Positions 57,431-64,000 of a DNA stretch of 64,000 nt are shown in pieces. Positions within the stretch are counted from its first letter, which is position 1, and every line of letters begins with the position of its first letter. The DNA is from an uncultured bacterium (GTDB taxonomy: Bacteria; Patescibacteriota; Minisyncoccia; Phycocordibacterales; UBA9973). Where the stretch lies: contig CAITQP010000006.1 in the NCBI GenBank assembly GCA_903894565.1, positions 32,033-96,032 of the forward strand. The letters run 5' to 3'. The position numbers were made by a program, and so were the translations under genes. The notes under the pieces were generated by a model that was given only the letters and a program-made list of their open reading frames with translations, searched no databases and was not told where the DNA came from.

Positions 57431-58687
57431 ATGAACACATCACTTATCCATCAACCAAAGAAAGTTATTGCCATTTCACTCGTGCTCGCACTTGTGATTG
57501 GTATTTTTGTATACGTTCGGATTAATCGTGCTCCATCGTACACATTTGTCACGGTAACGAGTGGTAAGATTAGCGGCACAGAAGGAGGCACGGCTCGTCA
57601 GAGTAATTTTAGTCTCGGATTTCTCGCGAGTGGGCGAATTCAAACGGTCGCAGTAAAGACTGGTGATATGGTCAGTACCGGACAGGTTCTCGCTACGCTT
57701 GATGCAGGGAACGCACTTGGTATACTCGCACAGGCAAAAGCTGCTCTCTCAAGTGCTGAAGCAAATTACCAGAAAATTATAAATGGAGCGACAAGTCCGG
57801 CCATTGACGTTGCAAAAGCCGCGGTCAACACTGCTCAAGTGAATGTTGATCAAACCGCGAAACAACAGGATGTTCTTGTTTCAAACGCATACAAAAATCT
57901 TTTGAATTCGACACCAGAAGCGGTTCCTGTGACGAGTGGCAACACTGACACAACTGCTCCTGTGCTTTCAGGTAGCTATACTCTTGGGCAAGAGGGGACA
58001 ATGACTATTAATACATACTCGACTGGTGACGGAGCATATTTTAGTGTTTCAGGTCTTGTGAGCGCTTCGGGTATTGTTTCAAAAACAGTTGCTGAGCCAA
58101 TTGGAAACTCTGGACTTTTGATAAAGTTTCCATCTGGTTTCGGTTCAACCACGAGTTGGACAATTTCTATACCAAACACAAACGCTGCGAATTATCTCTC
58201 AAATTTTAATGCGTATCAGACTGCGCTTCAGTCCAAGAGTCAGGTGACAGCAGGAGCGCAGGCTACACTTGATCAGGCGAAAGCGTCACTTGCAGCTCTT
58301 GTTGCGACAGCACGACCAGAAGATATCGCTACAGCAAAAGCTCAAGTTGATACGGCGCAAGGTGCAGTTACGATCGCGCAAGCTTCATACGGAAATACTG
58401 TGATCACTGCTCCGAGCGCAGGTACTGTTACTTCTGTCGCTATTACTGTTGGTCAAATCGCAACGCCAAATATACCAGTGATTCAAATGCTGGGTACCAG
58501 TATCACAAAAGATGTTACTGCAATGATCCCAAACACAGCAATCTATACTCGTGATGGTGTGTCATACGTACACAAAAAATCAGGAAGTGGGGTCGTCGAG
58601 GTGCCTGTCGTTACCGGTATAACTGATGGTACACATATGGAGATCGTGAGTGGATTAACAATTAGTGATGCAGTCGTTACTCAATAA
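57431..58687 (+). CDS. Membrane-fusion (HlyD / periplasmic adaptor-like) protein with a long Thr/Ala/Ser-rich central region
   Basis: N-terminal TM helix, lipoyl-like VKTGDMVSTGQVLATLD, helical hairpin, C-terminal beta domain. Confidence 0.55.
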   Translation: MNTSLIHQPKKVIAISLVLALVIGIFVYVRINRAPSYTFVTVTSGKISGTEGGTARQSNFSLGFLASGRIQTVAVKTGDMVSTGQVLATLDAGNALGILAQAKAALSSAEANYQKIINGATSPAIDVAKAAVNTAQVNVDQTAKQQDVLVSNAYKNLLNSTPEAVPVTSGNTDTTAPVLSGSYTLGQEGTMTINTYSTGDGAYFSVSGLVSASGIVSKTVAEPIGNSGLLIKFPSGFGSTTSWTISIPNTNAANYLSNFNAYQTALQSKSQVTAGAQATLDQAKASLAALVATARPEDIATAKAQVDTAQGAVTIAQASYGNTVITAPSAGTVTSVAITVGQIATPNIPVIQMLGTSITKDVTAMIPNTAIYTRDGVSYVHKKSGSGVVEVPVVTGITDGTHMEIVSGLTISDAVVTQ

Positions 58688-58698
58688 GAAATACTTTT

Positions 58699-59340
58699 AT
58701 GCAAGAACAAGAAACAAAAAAAGAATCAATTTTGAAGAAGCCATGGTTCCAGAGTGTTACGGCTCTTGTCGTTATTTTCGGAACATTACTCGTGTTTATT
58801 TTTTGGCAAACTGGTCGCAACACAGTTTTGATTGAAAACTCAATACTCCAAGCTCCTGTCATTTCACTCTCACCAATGACTCCTGGGGTATTGAATGCGC
58901 TCTATGTGAAAGAAGGAGATCATGTCGCGCCGAACACTCAGATCGCACTCGTGGGCTCACAAGTTATTACTGCCCAAGAAGACGGTGTTATTTTTTCAGC
59001 ATCGAATGTTATCGGCACCTATTTTGCACCGGGACAACCTGTTGTTTCGATGGTAAAGACAGGGGAGATGAAAGTCGTCGGAACTATTGACGAGACAAAG
59101 GGATTGAAAGACATTGCTGGGGGTCAGCTCGCTACCTTTACAGTCGACGCATATCCAGGCAAGAAATATGTTGGCGTTGTTGATTCAGTAAGTGCTGCTG
59201 CAGATAATACTGGAGTGGTATTTTCAATCTCTGACAAACGTCCTATCCAGAAATTTGATGTGAAGGTTCGTTTTGATACAACAGCATATCCTGAACTCAA
59301 GAGTGGAATGTCTGCGAAGATCACGGTCAGTACAAAATAA
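58699..59340 (+). CDS. Short HlyD-family secretion/adaptor protein
   Basis: TM helix + lipoyl-like VKEGDHVAPNTQIALV + beta-barrel region. Confidence 0.55.
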   Translation: MQEQETKKESILKKPWFQSVTALVVIFGTLLVFIFWQTGRNTVLIENSILQAPVISLSPMTPGVLNALYVKEGDHVAPNTQIALVGSQVITAQEDGVIFSASNVIGTYFAPGQPVVSMVKTGEMKVVGTIDETKGLKDIAGGQLATFTVDAYPGKKYVGVVDSVSAAADNTGVVFSISDKRPIQKFDVKVRFDTTAYPELKSGMSAKITVSTK

Positions 59341-59343
59341 TTC

Positions 59344-60825
59344 ATGGAAAACAAAGGATCAAAACTGCGTTGGTGGATTCTCATCACCGTTATTGTCGGT
59401 ACATTCTTAGGTCGTCTTGATCAGACGATTGTGAATCTTGCGCTTCCAAAAATCATCAACGATTTTAGTATTAGCGTGAGTGCTGCTGGATGGATTGCGA
59501 CTGCTTACATTCTCGCGAATGCAGTGTTTGTGCCTATCTGGGGCAAACTCGGCGATACGATTGGCCGCAAGAAAGTGTACATGATCGGATTTGGTCTTTT
59601 TATTTTTGGATCGGTGCTTGCTGGGCTCGCGTGGAATCTTCCCTCAATGATTGTGTTTCGCGTCATTCAAGCGATTGCAGGATCAGCTGATTATCCGACA
59701 GCCATGGCAATCATCGCCGTAACATTTCGCGAAGGAAAGGAACGTGCACAAGCGCTCGGTATTTGGTCCTCATCATTTGCTGCGGCGTCGGTATTTGGCC
59801 CGCTCCTCGGTGGTCCACTGATCGACAATTTCGGCTGGCGCTCAGTGTTTTTGATCAATCTTCCAATTGGTATTCTTGGCATGCTTATGGCAATGCGATT
59901 CATTAATGAATCACGTGAAGAAAAGAAGACACATTACTTCGATTGGTGGGGTGCTTCAGTCCTTGGAGGAATGTTGTCATCACTCGTGTTGGTACTCGAC
60001 AAGGGAATGGATTGGGGCTGGATGTCAGCATCAAGTCTTATTTGTTATTTCCTTGTCGTTATTCTCACGGGAATTTTTATTCGTATCGAAAATACTGTTC
60101 CTGAACCAATCGTTGATCTGAAGTTTTTCAAAATCCCTGCGTTCGTCAATACGCTCCTCAATAATTTCGTCGTCTTTATGGGAATGATGGGTGCGCTCTT
60201 TTTGATTCCTATTTTTGCACAAACATTTCTCGGCTATGATGCGACCGAGACCGGTTATCTTTTTATGCCGATGGCCGCAGCACTCATGCTCGGAGCTCCT
60301 ATCGGGGGAGCGCTAACTGGTCGCATACAATCTCGCTATGTTATTTTTGCAAGTACACTCGTCGCCGCGGTTGGTGTATTTCTCTTTTCACATCTCGATC
60401 CTCGCTCTGGTCCGCTCGATATCATTATTCCGCTTTCGATCATGGCGTTTGGACTTGGCTTTGGAATGGCGCAACGTACCAACGTGATCGCCTCAGTCGT
60501 CGACCAACACGAAATTGGTATTGCCTCATCTGTACTTGCGCTCACGCGTAATGTCGCTGGTGCCTTTGGTATTGCGATATTTGGATCACTGCTTACGAAT
60601 CGTATCGAAGAGAATGTCCTTAGTATCAACGGGTTCAGTCATTTGTATAGCCACAAGCTTGCGGATATAAAGACATATATTGCACTCATCGAACTCAAGG
60701 CCCAGGTGAACGCGTATGACTATGTATTCCTTGTTGCTTCTGCCCTTATATTCGTTGGCTCCTTTGCTGTTTTGTTCATGAAAATCAAGAACGAAAAAAT
60801 TGGTGTGACCGTACACGTGGAATAA
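59344..60825 (+). CDS. MFS transporter, DHA2 (EmrB/QacA-like, 14-TM) family
   Basis: WGKLGDTIGRKKVY motif A-like; 14 hydrophobic segments; follows the MarR regulator and adaptor genes (EmrAB-like operon). Confidence 0.8.
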   Translation: MENKGSKLRWWILITVIVGTFLGRLDQTIVNLALPKIINDFSISVSAAGWIATAYILANAVFVPIWGKLGDTIGRKKVYMIGFGLFIFGSVLAGLAWNLPSMIVFRVIQAIAGSADYPTAMAIIAVTFREGKERAQALGIWSSSFAAASVFGPLLGGPLIDNFGWRSVFLINLPIGILGMLMAMRFINESREEKKTHYFDWWGASVLGGMLSSLVLVLDKGMDWGWMSASSLICYFLVVILTGIFIRIENTVPEPIVDLKFFKIPAFVNTLLNNFVVFMGMMGALFLIPIFAQTFLGYDATETGYLFMPMAAALMLGAPIGGALTGRIQSRYVIFASTLVAAVGVFLFSHLDPRSGPLDIIIPLSIMAFGLGFGMAQRTNVIASVVDQHEIGIASSVLALTRNVAGAFGIAIFGSLLTNRIEENVLSINGFSHLYSHKLADIKTYIALIELKAQVNAYDYVFLVASALIFVGSFAVLFMKIKNEKIGVTVHVE

Positions 60826-60902
60826 GCGAGAAGCGATCTTTTTGTGTATAAAAAAGCGGGGGGGGATTGTAATCTCCCCGCTTTGTCGTACAATATTGAA
60901 GT

Positions 60903-63191
60903 ATGTCACTATTTGATCGAATAAAAGGCAAAACATTAGAATTAGAAGAACAAGAAAAAGAGCGTGAGCTCCAGAAGGAGCTTGAGCGTAAGGAACAGGA
61001 GAGGCTTTTAAAAGAGGCTGAGGAGAGACGAAAGCAATTGGAAGAGATCGAGAAGGCTGGAGAGAAGGAGCAACTAGATGTTGCCGAAGCTGTTCGCCAA
61101 GCCGAAGAAAAAGAGCAGCAAGAAGCAGAGATACTCCCAATTCGCCAAAAAATCAAAGAACTTCAAACTTCGATGAGTCAACTGCAACTCATTAAGAACT
61201 CTATGCAAGATCAGCATGTTGCTGATTCCGATGGAGCTTATACTGCTGAAGGAATGAAGACTTACGCCGTAAAAACGGGACAAAAATGGAGTACAAAAAA
61301 GCAAGAATTAGAAAAACTTTTCACTACAGACAAGAAGGCTCTCGATTCAATGGGCATAAAGAGTTTTGACCAGTTGGTCGGGGCAGAAGATTTTCAGGAG
61401 GAGCCAGAAATAAAAGATTACAAGCAAGCAGACAAGGAAGTTATTCATCTTCTGGGTGCGGATGAGGCTCTCGTCCATAGGCTCGGTGATCTTAAAGTTG
61501 TCCTGCCTGAAAATCAATTATTTTCATATGAGGCTGTCACAAGGGCGATTGATGCAAAAATTGAAACACTCAAAAACGAGTTAGTAGCAGAAAATCTCAA
61601 GACCCCTGAAGGAAAGGCGGAGGCTGTTAAAGCGAAAGTTGAAAAATTTGCGAACTCAATTCCTTCCATCGAATTTAAAAGAATTCCGAACCCGAAAGCC
61701 GGAGCTCCTACCGCCGAACTCCTTCTTTTTCCGAAGGATTCTGTTCGTCATGTGCCGATTGAGCTGTCGCCAAAAGGTGTTAATTTTAATAATTGGGAAA
61801 ACACACGTTTGCTCCCGCCTGAATTTGCGACAATTGAAACGGAAGTTGGTTTTTCTGTCGCACGGGCCGTGGTTCAAAAAGCGTACGAAGATAAGATTGA
61901 TAAGGCGTTCAAACACTTTGATTCGATGAACGATCAATTGGGAATTGCTCCCGAGATTTTGGCAAAGGCAGATCCTGAAAAGGCAAAAGGTGCCCAAAAA
62001 GCTTTTGACCAATTTAATACGATGTATGGTCGCGAAGCCTTTAAACAGGAAGTCGAAAATAAAAAAAAGGCAATTGAGGATAAGGGAATTAATACGCTTG
62101 GAAGATATTTGGGAGATACCAAAAACGAGTTGGCCGGTATTTCGAATGAAAAGGACCTCCTTGAGGCGTTTCGAGACACGAATCGATTTCCGCCACTCTA
62201 TGAATGGGAGTCCCTTCAGAAAAAAATCGAGAAACGCATAGAGCTCAATAAACGATTTTTGGAATCATTTGACGCTGTTTCGAACCAAGAGGAATTCAAT
62301 AATTTTATAGAGGTGACTGTGGAAGCAATCATGAAGGAGTATCGAAATAACGATAGTTTTAGTCCATATCGAGATGATTATGACGAAATGAAGGTCTCGT
62401 TTCAGAAAATTATTGGCGTTAAGTACGGGAACGGAGCACTTGAGAATATAAAAAAACAAGGAGAGAACTATTATGATATAAAGCGTTCAGTCGCGGAGAA
62501 GCAGAAAAATCTTGATGAACAAAAGGACCTTGTTTCAGAATCTCTTTCAAATGTGCTTGAAGCGAAATTGCTGCAATACGAAATGGCAAAAGTCCTGAAG
62601 GAGAATGGTTTCAAAAATTCGGTAAATGAAGAACTTAGAAGTATTGAAAACAATAGAAAGGAGGGTATCGCCATCCTCAGTGAGCTGACGAAGATAGAAC
62701 AAGGACTGCCTGAGAACGAGGAATTAAGACTCACCGGTGATTATTTGGTACGTCCAGATATCGAAAAGCAAATTTCAGAACATAAGGCCAAAATTCCCGG
62801 AAAAGAAAAGGAGCTTGCGAATGCGCAGGCTGTACTCGACGGAGAGGGATCTCGACCAAAAGTATTTGGTAGAGAAGCATGGGACATAGATCATAATCGC
62901 AGAGTGTTGGACCGTGATACCTTGAGTACGCAGCTTTTTGAGATGAAAAATACTGAGCTGAATGAGCTTAATAGGAAACGTTTGATTTCGACATCTGGGT
63001 TGAAAAACTATGTTGCCTGGGGCTCATATTCTGACTTAATAAAGAACCAGAATGTTACTGGAACAAAAGAAACAATCTTTACGGCACTTCGATCGGGAGT
63101 TGAAGTTATAATGAACAAAAAACTTCCTGAGGAAGTGATAAAACTTCAAGAAAAATACACGGAGCTCGAAAAAATAATTAATAAAAAATAA
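60903..63191 (+). CDS. Large coiled-coil hypothetical protein
   Basis: Glu/Lys-rich heptad-like sequence throughout. Confidence 0.45.
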   Translation: MSLFDRIKGKTLELEEQEKERELQKELERKEQERLLKEAEERRKQLEEIEKAGEKEQLDVAEAVRQAEEKEQQEAEILPIRQKIKELQTSMSQLQLIKNSMQDQHVADSDGAYTAEGMKTYAVKTGQKWSTKKQELEKLFTTDKKALDSMGIKSFDQLVGAEDFQEEPEIKDYKQADKEVIHLLGADEALVHRLGDLKVVLPENQLFSYEAVTRAIDAKIETLKNELVAENLKTPEGKAEAVKAKVEKFANSIPSIEFKRIPNPKAGAPTAELLLFPKDSVRHVPIELSPKGVNFNNWENTRLLPPEFATIETEVGFSVARAVVQKAYEDKIDKAFKHFDSMNDQLGIAPEILAKADPEKAKGAQKAFDQFNTMYGREAFKQEVENKKKAIEDKGINTLGRYLGDTKNELAGISNEKDLLEAFRDTNRFPPLYEWESLQKKIEKRIELNKRFLESFDAVSNQEEFNNFIEVTVEAIMKEYRNNDSFSPYRDDYDEMKVSFQKIIGVKYGNGALENIKKQGENYYDIKRSVAEKQKNLDEQKDLVSESLSNVLEAKLLQYEMAKVLKENGFKNSVNEELRSIENNRKEGIAILSELTKIEQGLPENEELRLTGDYLVRPDIEKQISEHKAKIPGKEKELANAQAVLDGEGSRPKVFGREAWDIDHNRRVLDRDTLSTQLFEMKNTELNELNRKRLISTSGLKNYVAWGSYSDLIKNQNVTGTKETIFTALRSGVEVIMNKKLPEEVIKLQEKYTELEKIINKK

Positions 63192-63206
63192 AAACATTTC
63201 CGTTCT

Positions 63207-63641
63207 ATGAGAAAAGAAGTTCTTGATTTTGTCGAAACACAACGAGTGTGTGTGCTCGCGGTTGAAATGATGGATGGGTCTCCTCACGCAGCTACGGTGC
63301 ATGTGGCAAAGAATAGTAACGCGTCTGCATTTTATATTGAAACGTTTCGCTCGTATCGCAAAGCCGAAGCACTCTTTGGGCGCAGAACATCACGTGCCTC
63401 GATGGTTATTGGTTTTGACGAACTCGACATGAAAACACTTCAGATAGATGGGGAAGTTCGGTTGCTCGAAACAGAATTGGAAAAAACTGAGTTTGAGAAA
63501 TACTATTTTGAAAAATTTCCAAACAAGAAGACAAGTACTCCAAATCCAGATTTCGTCCCCTTTATATTCGTTCCCTCGTGGTGGCGATTTACTGATTGGA
63601 CTGATCCGAGTGGAAAAATTGTTTATAACACTGTTTCGTAG
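63207..63641 (+). CDS. Pyridoxamine 5'-phosphate oxidase-like FMN-binding split-barrel protein
   Basis: VLDFVETQRVCVLAVEMMDGSPHAATVHV pattern typical of the PNPOx-like / general stress protein 26 family. Confidence 0.55.
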   Translation: MRKEVLDFVETQRVCVLAVEMMDGSPHAATVHVAKNSNASAFYIETFRSYRKAEALFGRRTSRASMVIGFDELDMKTLQIDGEVRLLETELEKTEFEKYYFEKFPNKKTSTPNPDFVPFIFVPSWWRFTDWTDPSGKIVYNTVS

Positions 63642-63680
63642 ATAGTTTCCAGAGACCCGTTTTTTGCGTATACTAGTCGT

Positions 63681-64000
63681 ATGTTGAAACTAAAAGAAGC
63701 ACAATGCGTGAGTTGTGAAGGGGGAGTGGAACCACTCGCAAAGTCTGCGGTCACACGTCTCATGACTGAGCTTACTGGCTGGATGCTCTTGAAGGATGGA
63801 CGATCGATTGAGAAAAACGTAGAATTCAAGAACTTCGACAAGGCGATGGATTTTGTTAACCTTGTTGCTGATCTTGCAGAATTCGCAGGACATCATCCTG
63901 ATATTGATATTCGGTATAACAAAGTAAAGCTCGTACTTTCGACTCATGCGATTGGAGGGCTTTCTCAAAATGATTTTATTCTCGCGTCGAAGATTGATAC
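63681..64000 (+). CDS. Pterin-4a-carbinolamine dehydratase (PCD/DCoH), 3' end outside the window
   Basis: EFAGHHPDIDIRYNKV matches the PCD signature [ED]-x3-HHP; open to the window end; not in the supplied ORF table. Confidence 0.7.
   Translation, partial: MLKLKEAQCVSCEGGVEPLAKSAVTRLMTELTGWMLLKDGRSIEKNVEFKNFDKAMDFVNLVADLAEFAGHHPDIDIRYNKVKLVLSTHAIGGLSQNDFILASKID

Overview
This 64 kb window looks like it comes from a small-genome bacterium. It may be CPR/Patescibacteria-like, but that is inference only, from the type IV pilus PilMNO genes, comF, TrmB-type regulators and the large share of hypothetical proteins (GC around 45%). The window mixes housekeeping genes with two apparent integrated accessory regions.

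- **Housekeeping genes.** The clearest calls are apbE (partial), mutM, ruvA, rpsT, pyrE, pyrD, fumC, ruvX, rplS, msrA and msrB.
- **RNA genes.** There are four tRNA genes: Ser-TGA, Arg-TCT, Val-TAC and Leu-GAG. There is also one aberrant tRNA-like element carrying an insertion.
- **Island 1 (about 24.2–31.4 kb).** It ends at the 3' end of tRNA-Ser and carries a large serine recombinase. Its cargo is a Shedu-like PD-(D/E)xK nuclease-fold gene and an unannotatable two-gene operon. I consider this the best candidate here for an undescribed defence system.
- **Island 2 (about 39.5–47.7 kb).** It ends at tRNA-Arg and carries a second, paralogous large serine recombinase, a 2H-phosphoesterase-like gene and unknown genes. 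Inside it, an 84-bp direct repeat with a decayed tRNA-Arg 3' remnant brackets a 3.4 kb module (class II Fic plus an AEP primase-polymerase fused to an SF2 helicase).
- **Shared DNA motifs.** The presumed left junctions of both islands, especially the 600-bp region upstream of recombinase 2, are packed with palindromes and tandem copies of an AATGNNACAC motif. One of them is a 20-bp inverted repeat just upstream of the recombinase 2 start.
- **Other notable structures.**
  - a 38-bp perfect palindrome after rpsT;
  - a family of about 70-bp intergenic repeats ending in terminator hairpins;
  - a cysteine-rich internally repeated 572-aa protein;
  - an 844-aa protein with three tandem 41–49-aa repeats and an HExxH motif;
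  - an ApbE gene next to a membrane FNR-like oxidoreductase.

No CRISPR array and no rRNA were seen. All calls rest on my own reading of the sequence and of the supplied ORF translations. No database searches were run.
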